62,244 nt of DNA from Catajapyx aquilonaris. Lineage: Eukaryota. Within the stretch, counting starts at the first letter, position 1. Each line of letters begins with the position of its first letter. The stretch lies in NCBI GenBank assembly GCA_000934665.2, contig JYFJ02002165.1:1-62244 (forward strand), given 5' to 3'. The notes beneath the pieces are model-generated. The model worked only from the letters and a program-made list of their open reading frames with translations, had not been told where the DNA came from and did no database searches. Positions 12,709-24,700 of the stretch are shown here, piece by piece. The translations under genes and the position numbers were made by a program.

Positions 12709-14124
12709 ATGCCACCCAAGAAGGGAAAGAGAAATCGCAAGGGGAGTAAGAATGGAAGGAGGAAGACGAGTGCGGAGATAGTTTCCGAATCAGACTCACT
12801 GGAAAGCTTGAAACAGCAGATGTTGGACGTGGACCAAGAGTACACCGCCGTCATGTTAGAAAGTCAAAGGCTGTATGCGGAAAACAAAGTTTTGAAGAAT
12901 CAGATCCAAACGACTAGACAGGACACGGAAGGGTGAGTAGTTACACATTGTCTACAGGTTCCAACAGCAATTGTCAATGAAGTAGTTAGTGTTATCCTCC
13001 ATTGTAGTGAAGAAGTGTCGTTTACATATCCGGAAGCCTCGACCTGTGTTTAACATGGATTAGTGATCAACCAAGTACAATTTCATTTTATTTCTTCTTA
13101 TTTGTGTATGGTGATTTAGGTACTTGAAGAAGTCGAAGAAGCAAACTGGGAAGATTCACGAAGCGATTGATGTGCTGAGGTTGTTTGAGGAAGAGAAGGT
13201 GGAGGAAACGGAAAGGAACAGGAAGGTCATACTGAGAATGCTCGAAAAAGCCAACTACAAAATGATCATGAGCATCGACGACAAACTGCTGCAATGTCAG
13301 ATACTCAACAAGAAGGTCGCGGATATGAGCTCATACAAGTAGGTTTCCCATGTCGTTTCGCAATGATGATGCAGGTGGACATTGAATCATCAGAGGTGTG
13401 TCAACCAGACTGAATCATTCTGAAACACACTCTCTCTTTGGCAATAATGCCGTTTGCAGGGACACCGAGCAGCTGCAAAGAAGGAGCGTTGATGACTTGG
13501 CTCGTGGCCTAGAAACCCTGAGACAAGAGCACGAGACAGAATTTCAACGCATCATAATCGAGCTCATACAGTGTGTGCTTTTTTTCTCTAAACCTGCTGG
13601 CCTCTTAACCATCGTGTCTTCCACTTCCCAACAGAGAGCGCAAGTCCTGGAACCGCCTGATAAGATTCGACCACTTTATCTTGAGCAAAGAGATAAAGAA
13701 GACGTGCAAGCCAACGCTGGACAGAGAGATGAATAAGATCCACGAACACAGCTCTGGTCTGAAGGCACAGCTGCTGGAAGTGACGAAGAAGTGGATGTCA
13801 ATGGAAGTCAAGAAGAACCGGCTGGTCAAGGTGATGGCCTCCCTGAACCGAGAGGAGCAGTACTGGTCAGACCTGAAATCCATCAGTTGCAAGCGTCCCT
13901 TCGCGAAGACGGACCTTCATCAGTCCGTCGAGAGCAGCGAATCTACTACTGATGTGACGACGAGGATGACGAAGGAGGAGGAAGATTCGAACCACAAAGA
14001 ATTTCTGATGACCTTAAGTCAGTCGTCGAGTTATGGGATGTTTGTTTTGAATAATTCAAGCTTCGGTACGTCCAGAGACCACGTGGCGACAACCTCTTCC
14101 AGCGAGAACTCACACACCGTGTGA
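12709..14124 (+). CDS. DUF4515-like coiled-coil paralog D; exons 12709-12932, 13120-13338, 13460-13570, 13635-14124
   Basis: MPPKKGKR start; 219- and 111-bp exons; RKSWNRLIR and ENSH.V terminus shared with B; AATAAA at ~14156. Confidence 0.8.
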
Positions 14125-14386
14125 CACTCTTGGGATATTTGTCAGCTTTCGCATCAATAAAACTATCGATATGGGACAAAAACTCTTCTTATTCACTAAC
14201 TATATGGACAAAAAAAATTAATCAGCCATCACCAACGTGCATGTAGTACTACTTTCTCCCTGAGAGCGGCAGGAGTGTGCAGAGGGACAGCCTATGCGCC
14301 TATGGGTAGTGTCCTATCGCTATCGTACTACGTCCAAGTTGGGGATGGGCCAAGCAGTGTTGTCATCATTTGGGAATGGGTCCGCT

Positions 14387-14606
14387 ACTATAGATTAAAT
14401 CGAGTGCGCAACACAGTTCGCGCAAATTGTTTCCAACACTACGCATGGGGTAGCAATATGACCGAATTTTGAGACGTTGCCAAGGCGGCTACCAGTGTGA
14501 ATTTGGCCCCTGAGGAGTAACTGTGGCAATGTAGTTGTCTGAGAAATGTACTTGCGCGAATGTGGGTGCGCACTCGGTTGCTCTCGTAAAAAAAATCATT
14601 TATAGT
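14387..14606. mobile_element. Non-autonomous inverted-repeat element (family gagtgcgca..acagttcgcgca); related pieces at ~3870-3950, ~11863-12216, ~41790-41855, ~42611-42810
   Basis: Inverted arms cgagtgcgcaacacagttcgcgcaa / ttgcgcgaatgtgggtgcgcactcg; the same words recur at the listed sites. Confidence 0.7.
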
Positions 14607-14770
14607 TTCCGATAAAAATAAATGTTGTATTCCCTGACCTATAGCACATTGTACAAAATAAATTGCGTGGAATATCCATGGAAATGACTAAATGTTTTTT
14701 CATCGCTTATTGTTGAAGCGTTATCCAACTTTTTCACCCTATTAGTGTTACAAGCGAGTGCTGGTGTAAG

Positions 14771-15974
14771 ATGCCGCCGAAGAAGAAGGGAGGTAAAAGA
14801 AAGGGCAAGGGAAGGAGAACCACTGGTGAGCCCACCACTCCAGATGCCCTAGTCATGATGAGGTTGGAAAGGAAGTTGGTGAAGGTGAGCCGTGACTTCA
14901 TCTCTACTCAGACAGAAGATCATAGACTTATGATGGAGAACGCTTCTCTAAAGCAGGAGATTCGGCAGGTTCGCATGGACAGGAAGGGGTGAGTTACTGT
15001 CATTATGTGTACCAGCACAGTACTATTTTCATATATGATGCTTGACTTAATTTGCTGCTATAGGTACTTCGAGGCCTGGAAGAGGCGCATTGATCAGATG
15101 CAATTGGAAGTAGAGGAAAGGAAGCGCCGGGCAATGGAGAGGGCGAGGAAGATTGAGAGACAAAAGGAAGACACTCTGGCCGAACTTAGATCCAACTTGC
15201 AGAATACATGCACAGAAATCGAAGACAGGAAGACACAAGAGATTATCATCAAGCGTAAACTAGTGGATATGAACACTTACGAGTATGTCATCTGCTCAGT
15301 GCTCTTGTGTCCCTGTTGTTGTGGCTGACTAATCTCTTGTCAAAATCATTGCAGGGAGACTGAGTCGAAGCAAATGGAGTTGGTTGTTGTGCTGAGTGAT
15401 CAGCTGGATGCTTTGCGTGAGCAGCACCAAGCGGATATGACCAAGTTCAAGACCAAAATTGTCCTGTGTGTGTTTTGTTGTAATGAGACTTAACAATTCT
15501 TCTAATTACTGTATTTTCGTATACGACAGAGAGGAGGAGAGCTGGAAGCGCCTCCTGAAGCGTGATATCAAAATCCTGTGCGCCGAGATGGCCAGGAAAG
15601 TCCATGGCATCATGGTCTTGGAGCTGAAGAAAGTCAATGACACCTGCACAGTTCTGTATAGCAAGTTTTTGGCCATCCTGAAGCACAAGAGGGTATTAGA
15701 GAGCAGGAGGTATCAGTTGCAAAAGAAGCTGGAATCCCTGGAAAGGGAAGAGCAGTACTGGTCAGACATAAAATGCATTCGCAAGAAACGTCCCTTTAGA
15801 CAGGTGAAGAGACAATCCACAAGTTTCAGCATACCTGACACTCAGCTGTCCAATAAGGAGTCAACGACAACGACGGAGGAGGACATCAAGATAAAGAAGA
15901 GTGGGGTGATGCCAGAACATCATCGGGCAAGTTATGGAGCGATCATGCAGGAATCGAGCAGCATTCTTATGTAG
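14771..15974 (+). CDS. DUF4515-like coiled-coil paralog E; exons 14771-14988, 15064-15282, 15355-15465, 15530-15974
   Basis: MPPKKKGGK start; 219- and 111-bp exons; SWKRLLKRD and LEREEQYWSDI motifs; AATAAA at ~16065. Confidence 0.8.
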
Positions 15975-16594
15975 GCAGAGGAAATTTACAGCAAGAAAAC
16001 CGTAGCTAACTCACATACAGGGTGAAAATCTGTGTCTGTCACATGATTTACATGTAGGCAATGAAATAAAAATGACAATCACATATTATGCAATATGTAC
16101 TAATTCAGTCCTACCACCTACGTAGCTGTAAAAGAACGGAAGCTGTCACACCATGAAAGCAGGTAGCAGATAACCACTATTCAAGAGTGAGCTTAAAAAC
16201 TCTTAAATGCCAAAAAAAATTACGGCCCATTTCAATTAGAGCTCGGGACAATAAATATGAAGTCATTTCCAAGTTTTATTTAATCCTTCAAATTGTAGGA
16301 AACAATATTGGACAAGCTATTACTATTTACTTTAATGTGATACTTCTCTGGTGTGAAAATTAATTGAACCAATCAATGGCTGTGCAACTGATCAATCATT
16401 GATGCAAATCCAGATTGCATATCAGGTAATCCAAACAGGAATTAGTTGGATACAAACCTACACATGAACCAAGAGCATGAATTTTAACAAGCAGAGTTAC
16501 AATCGTAAATGTTTAAAAAAAAGAGTTACAGAGAAAAAAAAGGGCAAAATATCTTTGAAAACGTGCTGCATGCTCCTGCTGCTTGCAATCATTT

Positions 16595-19500
16595 TCACTC
16601 GTATTTCAAGTTGAAGGAATACTTAGGAAGAATAATGTCATCTGAATCATCTGAAATGAAACATTGTTCAAGCATAAAATTTACTGCTATTTTACAGTGA
16701 AAAATGTTTAATTGCACCCAAATATTACCATCACTGTGAGACTCCTTCTTGATCTTCAAGGGTACTTCATTCATGCTGCTAAAACGACCACCATCCTTGT
16801 CATCCCTGAAATGGTTCGAAGTCACATTTTAATAAATGTCACGCATTAGTTTTAAATTTTATTTTAATCCCAGTTCATGATGCGTCCAGATATTTCTCAT
16901 GAAACATTGTCCTTGTTGGTTTTTCCACAATTATTTTTCAGTGCTTCTTACACCAGGAAGTCTTATAACTTGATAATGACTTATTCTGGCATTTACTCCC
17001 ACATATTGATCATAGTGTACAGGCATGAACTTGAGTGGCCATCCTGAAGCATCTCACCTGACTCGCTTGCTCTCTTGTGGGTCCATCTTCCTGTCCTTGT
17101 CACTGGAGCCATTGCTCCTCTTCCTTGATCTATCTCTACCTCTCTCATCATCCCGAGACCTGGACCTCTTCCCCTTTCCCCCATCATCCTTCGACTGAAT
17201 CGTCCTCCTGCTTCTTTCCCCCCTGCTCTTGGAACGTGACCTCCTCCTCCTCCGTTCTCTGGAGCGTGACCTGACTTCCATCCTCTTGGAGCGAGTCCTG
17301 TCATGACCCTCATCCTTCTGATCTCTCTCCACTCTTCGCTCTCCCCTGCTTTCTCTTTCCTTGCGCTCCTTCCTGTAACTACTACTGTCCTCCCTTCCAG
17401 AGCTTGTGTTATTTATTTCAGGCTTACCCCTACGAGTTCCGCCCAAACCACCACCTGAAAATCAATCAATCAAGTTGTTTAATCACATCAATATTGTTTA
17501 GTGAGGCATCGCACCTAGTCTCCTGGGCAGCCACCCTTTAACAGTCCTTCCCCTCTCCACATCCACCAAGATCCTCCTGCCATATATCTTCTTACCATCA
17601 GCATACTTGTATGCAGCTGGAAATGGTGAAGTGATGTGATTAAAACACTGCACAACCTATTCACATTAAGAGCAATATACTCTGGATGATCTTATTTCAC
17701 GTTCTTCTCTAATTAGCCCTGCAATGATCCCAAATTACATATGTTTCCATTATAGCAAGTAATTTATTCAAGAAGCTTCCCATTCCCACGGAGCAAATCT
17801 ACATTCTCGTCTTTATTTTGTGTCTTACCACACATACAAACCCTGATATAGGTAGGTAGGTAGCACTCTAAGATTGAGGAATTTCACAGAAGGACACACT
17901 ACGGCTGGCAGCATCACCATGCCGACACTGGGAATTTTCAAAAGAACCTCATTAATAGTCTTGAAGAGCACAGATTTACTAAAGTTTATATTGCAGCAGG
18001 CAGTGTCTTTCTCTGGCCTGTGAATTTTTAAATGCCACCAGGTTGAACACTTGTAAATATTTAGTAATGGTGAATGACTAATACAGTTTTAAAACACACC
18101 CTTCTGCTCCCACCCCTCTGTGGTATAAAACATAGCGTACTCACCTCGCATGTCTTCCTCACGATCAAATTCAATGAAAGCATAGCCTCGAGGTTTGCCA
18201 TCCTTCTTGTCATGAATCATCACAACCTGGCAAATAAAACAGTTACGAAACATGCAGTTCAAGTGAAAATAATTTACTATAAACACCTCACACCAGATGA
18301 ACATTCACCAACCACTATATTCTTCATACAGCAGTACATTTAGGCTTAATATGGACATAGTGCATAACCAATAAACAGCCAGTCATACTGACTAATATAG
18401 ATGATTTCAGCAGTAATAAGCAACAACCTATTGATGTAAGTGTAACAATTATCATGTAATTTCATCTAATACTCACCTTCCTGATAGATCCATAGCCTTC
18501 AAATTCACGCCTCAACGTGGACTCAGAGGAGTCATAACTCTGCAAAACATTAACAATGAACCTGCATGAAGTGTGACTGTTAATGCAGAATGACCAATCA
18601 CTAGGTATTATAATTATGTATTAGGACCCTGCTTCCACATACAATATTTTTAACCACTGGATACAATAATAATTTTAACAACTTGGATTCAGTCTCAGAG
18701 ACACGTACAACTGGCATGTATCACAGTATTTTAATTTTGATTTGACACAGGTTTTGTGCACTTTTCATGTTTCAAATCTTCAAAACTGAAGTTGACTGGA
18801 GAGAATTTATTGTGGTTGTAGCCTTGCAAACGAAATATTATGCTTCACATTAATTTCTGACTCTCAATTATGTACTGTTCATGATTATATACCCCAACTG
18901 TAATGATGACCTTGGGGGTACCAAATAAATAAACCAGCAATTCATTGTCAAAGGCTGACATCCAATATCACATACTGTAAGCTTCCGGTGGTCAAAATGC
19001 AAAAACTAGTTGTCACAAAAATCAAATGTCATGATAATTTACAATAATTAATGTTAATGAAAGTGCTGCGCCATGCATATGACTTTTTCTGCAGCACATT
19101 TTGGTGCTATACCCTTAAATAAACTTGTTACTTTTTTATTGTACCTTTTTCGAGCAATGTTAATCTTATGTGATGGCATGATGCACCCATGCAGGCTACT
19201 TACCATCCTGGCCACAAACAATGTCTTGAAAGGGTCACTTGTTGCATTTGGATAGCTGTGCGGATCCCCTGAAAATATATCCCATTCAAGTGTAGTAATC
19301 AGATTAACTCTGTTGTCATACCACATACTGTTGAAACTAACTGCACACCTATAAGAATGAACACTTATAAACGTTAAGGCTATATGTCACTCACTGAGAG
19401 CAATCTCCTGCTCCAACTTGTATGTGACTTGCTCCGCATGAATCTTCCTCCGGCGTTCCTTTCGCTCCTCAGCAGTCTCAATCTTGGTGGGCGGTGGAGT

Positions 19501-19973
19501 GTCCTTAGGGTCCTACAAGGATGGATTGTTGATTTAAATTCAGACAATATTTTGAATGGAAAGGAAGTCAGGCATTAAAATGAAAGAAATATCCTGTCAG
19601 TACACACACTTCACAATTGGGTTTACTCTAGCATATGAGTCAACAAGTTACATCCAGGGCAAGTAGACATCACTGTCCAGAATAATAATAATAATTATTG
19701 TCCCACTTGCCCATCAGGCGTGCCAACATATGAGAAGGCATATCGATCGTTCCATATAATTATTCTCCCTTCCCCGGCACAGTATAAAAGAATGAATGAA
19801 TCGTTCCAAGTCCAACTGACCTCGAAGGAGTCCAAGAACCATCCTCCCACGCCCTGGTATCCCCTGTTCCTCTTCCCCTTCTCGTGAGGCAGCTTGGCCG
19901 CAGGAGGGAGGAAAGGCAGCGGGGCTCTGGGCGAGAACAGGACCAGGAGCTCGTCGGGAAGGAAGCCCGGCAT
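16595..19973 (-). CDS. SNRNP70: U1 small nuclear ribonucleoprotein 70 kDa; approximate exons 19973-19821, 19512-19395, 19268-19204, 18538-18477, 18226-18145, 17616-17515, 17454-17058, 16805-16729, 16650-16595
   Basis: U1-70K N-terminus (FLP..LL.LF.PR.P.P.LPP..KLPHEK); [13 protein letters not shown]1 [53 protein letters not shown]-rich tail. The last two exons are less certain. Confidence 0.93.
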
Positions 19974-20242
19974 CTTGTGAGAGGCTTATATTGTGATAAT
20001 TATTATGTTCCTCCGCGGCTGGCCGGCCCCTGATCCAGAGGTGCCAACTGGAGCTGTAGTTCCAAGGACGCCCCCGACAGATGGGAGCATGCGTCGCAGG
20101 GAGAAGGCGGAGCCACCTGTCCGCCGGTGGACTAAACTAATGGCCGCGTTCCATTTTCTACACAATCCCTGGACATTCGATTAGAGTGCGCAACAATAAT
20201 AATTATTATCGCTTGATTGCAAAGGAATAAAGGGCAACAACA

Positions 20243-20671
20243 ATGAGCCAGAGGATGGTGAGTGACGACAACAGTAGCATTGTTGTTGCAGTATTGTTGT
20301 CATGTGTGACCACGATGTGCTTGCAGGATAAGGGAAAGGTGCTTCAGGCGAGCCATGCGGCCGAGGATCTCATCAGGCACTATTGCGACTGCCTGGACGT
20401 CAAGAGACACGTGAGTCCAGCTGAGCTGGCTATAGTGTTTATTGAATGGCATGTTTTAATAGTATAAGAAAGGAAATATTTGTGTAAGAAATATTATTTA
20501 TCTCTGATTATTATTATTATCAAAGGCAAAGTTTGTTTGTTTGTCCAGGTTTGGGTTCGTGTTTCATATGGGGGAAATGGCTTCCACGGCGTATACTCTA
20601 ATAATTTTAATATGCATATTAATGCACTAGTTATTGAAATTAATGAAGCAATTATCATAATAAATCAATAA
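20243..20671 (+). CDS. Small predicted spliced ORF divergent from SNRNP70; exons 20243-20257, 20327-20410, 20549-20671 (~73 aa); function unknown
   Basis: Two perfect GTGAGT donors, TTGCAG and TCCAG acceptors, all phase 0 and in frame. Confidence 0.45.
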
Positions 20672-20699
20672 AAAATCAATAAAGTAATTAACATTATTA

Positions 20700-20840
20700 C
20701 TTTTTATTAATTTATTATGTTAATTACTTTGTTTTAATTTATTTATTATGTTGATTACTTTGTTTTATTTATTTATTATGTTAATTACCTAGTTTTAATT
20801 TATTTATTACTTTAACTACTTTATTACTTTTTATTAATTT
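20700..20840. repeat. AT-rich ~31-bp tandem repeat (tttattatgttaattactttgttttaattta), 3-4 copies
   Basis: Direct repeats visible. Confidence 0.75.
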
Positions 20841-21249
20841 CTTAAGTAGTTAAAGTAATAAATTAGCTAAAATTTATAGCATTATTAAGATTGTACAGTA
20901 TGGTACATTAGTAGTAACTAAGACATGAATAGTTGTGTAATGATTCTAATGATACGTGTATAAAAATCACAATATTGCATTGAATACAAATTAATTACGA
21001 AATGAAATTAATATGTAGCATTGTTCAGGAATATTTGTGGAATGAATAATATTATTTATTGTAGGCAACAATATTGCAATATGCATACATTGCAATATGT
21101 GGCTATAAGCCTTCAAGAGGCAATGCTTTGATGTTTGTGGGTAATGCAGTATATTAATACTGTACAGCAGTAAGAAAAACGAAGGTTTTGTGTAATAAAC
21201 TAATAATATCGTAATTTTTCCCAGCTAATAAACCAAACCAACCAAACTC

Positions 21250-21321
<72 letters not shown>

Positions 21322-21338
21322 ACTACTGCACTACTACT
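21250..21338. repeat. (CTA)n microsatellite, preceded by aataaa-accaaaccaacc (possible retroposon 3' tail)
   Basis: Microsatellite directly visible; the tail interpretation is inference. Confidence 0.9.
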
Positions 21339-21799
21339 CTTTTGTCTTAAGTAGCTGCTGCTGGCGCTTTCAAATTCCCTTCTTTACTGCTTTCACTCCA
21401 CTTGGTGTTAATTAGAGCACATTTAGTTAATTACAAATCCAGCTTTTTTTCACGGGCCTGCCCCGGGGCCAAGGAAGGGCCATATCTGCCCTAGCTTTTA
21501 TTGTACGGTACCGTACATTGATATGTGGTAAGTAGAGACATGTAGTGGTCAGTGGTCGTACCTTGTAGTTTGCCTTTCCGCCGCCGCTTGGCGTCAGTCG
21601 CTGTTACCCGCTCTACACCGCCCCTTGCTCTTTGTTCCTTTGTTCCCAACGGTTCTTGAGTAGTTCCGTTCGTTCCACTTTCTGTCACCCTTTTTCCGCC
21701 CCGGGGCCAGCCCGCGGTCCGCACCTGCCTTGCCCTGATATCCCTGACGGCTGAGGCTGAAGCTGGGGAGTCGCCCCGCAGCATAAACCAGGTTGGAAG

Positions 21800-24700
21800 A
21801 ACACTATGGCACTTCATATGGGTGGAAAAGGTGCCATTATGGCATCCTTTTTGTCTTAAAAACCATAAGTTTTGTGCAGTTTTAATTTGATGTGCGTCTT
21901 TTCCAACAATTAAGTTTGTTTGTATTTTCCTAATGCGCTTCGTCGTCTGTTACGTTGAGATGGAAACTTTTATGTGCCATTCGTATCCACCATTATAAGA
22001 AATATGGCAGGAGTTTATATATCCCTATGGTCGTTGTGGAGGACCTTGTGTGGGTTTCCTTAGGATTCATGGTCAAAGAGCCAAAGTGGAGGCAACTTCA
22101 TGCTTCAAGGCTCAGAAGAGATGCTTATTTGTTTACTGGCTGGAAACCTTGCTCCATCATTTGGTAAAATTATTTGTCCCTATTGACTTACAAGTACCAG
22201 CCTGAAATGGAGATAGATTCTCAGTCATAGCCGTAAACAGTGCCCAACTTTTTAATGTCAAATGGGACAACAATTTATTTCTCAGCTAAAAAAGCTGGGT
22301 GTTTGTTTCGGATCTTACCAAGCACTAATTTTTAGGCTACCATGGATTTCTGCTAATAGGAAAATGTTTTTTAGGTCTAGTGTGACCTGTCAGCCTCTTG
22401 CATGTTCTGGTCTGATGGTTTTCATAACATGGGGTTTTGCTATTCATGGCTGCTGCTGGTGAAATTACACTTGTTGGTTTAGGTGTTGGACCAACTGAAT
22501 CTTTTACATGCTGGTCATTTTCTATAATGTCCATATCCTTTGGGCAGTAGGTAGCTTTCAGATTTTCTAGTTTTTGGGCATGTCAGGGGAGGAGAATTCT
22601 CAGACACCCTTTTTTGATCTGCCCTTGATAGGTGGCCTTTGTAGCACATGTACAGTTGCCATGTAAGCAAACACAATATACTGGGTAAAAGTACTGCTTG
22701 GGCCAACATGGAAGATATAAGACGCCAAGGTAAATAAAGAAAAATGACACCTGTGGTGAGGACAATGAAGTATGTTTATGTGCATTAAGTCAGTGTTATG
22801 GGTAATAATAACATACTGATGACCCTTAGTAGTGAAGGGTTTTTCCTGGGATCAATTCAAAGCATAACGCCATCCATTTAATTTTTGCTTTTAAACAACC
22901 TCAGGATTAATTTCTCATGATACTTTGTTGTCCCTATTTGTTAGTTTGAAGTGATATAAATTATTTTTGCCTGACTTCATGTTGTGCGTGAGAAACATTG
23001 CCAACAATAATTGTTATGTACAACAGAGGTGAATAAGTAGAGTTTGTGTCATGCTACAATCTTGAAAAATCCTGCTGCAAGAGATTGGTAGGCACACGCA
23101 CTACAAAGTGAATTCTTGGCTCTCTTTTACTCAAAGTGCTCCTTGTCAATAATAATGTGTTCACTATGAAAATGACAGTTTTGTAGAAAATCGTGGGGTG
23201 GATGGTTTGGCAGTTGTGGTCAAGGTCTGCCACAGAGCTGCTACCCTGTTCACATGTGTAGCTTGTAGAAAAGGCCAATAAATATACCTGTACTTTATAC
23301 AGTACTTTCATAATTATAGGTATTATAAGTGTATAGGATATTCATGATCTGAATCTTTTTTCTATAATACTATGCTTATAAAATTTGAATGTGTCTCTTA
23401 ATAGAAATATGGCAGCTGTGAACATGTTCAGCAGGTAAACTGCAACACTTCTTGTATACTTCAGTAGTGTTGTACATGTGCTGAATATTTGCTTACTGCA
23501 TCGTCTGTTATGTGATTAGTGATCTTGTTAGGAATAAGTGTATCGTCATTTATTTAGCCCTTGCAGCTCAGAGAGGCATTTCACATCTGAGAGCTGAAGA
23601 TATTCCACTCTCTAATATACACTGCAGGGAACTAATGCTGCCCATGGATAACAGTGGCTGTATAAAGATGAGATGTGTGCACCATCTCTTATGGATCAAT
23701 CATTTGACTTCAGAACTGGAGGGACAACATTGGGCAGTTGAACATTGGTTCTGCTATTAAATCGGTTTGGAGCTTTATGGCCTCAGAATGGATTACTTTC
23801 TGCAATTGTCTGCAGTTGTCTTATTGTGAGTTTATGGTATGGGCCTGACTCTTCAATCCTCAGCTCTCAATATTTATTGTTTCTTATGCATTTTACAATA
23901 TGAGTGTGGAATTTGTCTTGGAATATATGAAATGTCCCAGGACTGAAGCTTGGCATGACTCTTTTGAAACATTGAAGGATTTGTTTCCTGGTTCTTATTA
24001 CTTCTTCATAAATCTTGTCTGGTGCTCCCCACCTGGTTATGGATCCCATACGTCCTTTTGGGGTTTAGTTAGCATCAGTTGGCTTGGTTTACACCAGTGA
24101 TTAGGTTCTGGTGGAATGGCGCATGTTCAAATCATGTCCAAAGAAGGGTGGGAGGTCTAAAGTACAAGTAGTATGAGAGCTTTCCACTTTTCCACACATG
24201 AAGTCGCCCAGGATTATATTGCGTTGAATGTTGACATTTGTCAATTTGACTTCTTCGAAGGCAGTTGCTGTTGAGTTTGTCGGATAATGTCAGTGATAGT
24301 GGGCTGCATGACAATACGGTACATTCCTTGGTCATGTATAGACAGTAACGTCCAACTCTTTAATTCTGTAAGTTGGGTATCCTTTTTCATTGTGCAGGTA
24401 TTTATTGGCAAGAGTAACCACCTCGAGTATGTACCCACATATTTTAATTTAACGCCTGTAGGCATACCAATGCAAATGATTAGAAGTAAACACTTCTAAT
24501 GCAATCCACAGTACTTTACCCGCTTACAATCCTGCAAATTCCACTCTTGTTGAAATGCCTGAAATAGGTACTGACTATCGTAATGAATATTATTTTGGCC
24601 AACTGGTAATCATTTTATGCAATTTTTTCGTTTCTTGGTTCGATGTTATCCCAGTGATTGTTCATATATCGAGGTTTTCTTGAAGGTGTTCCAGAATTCA

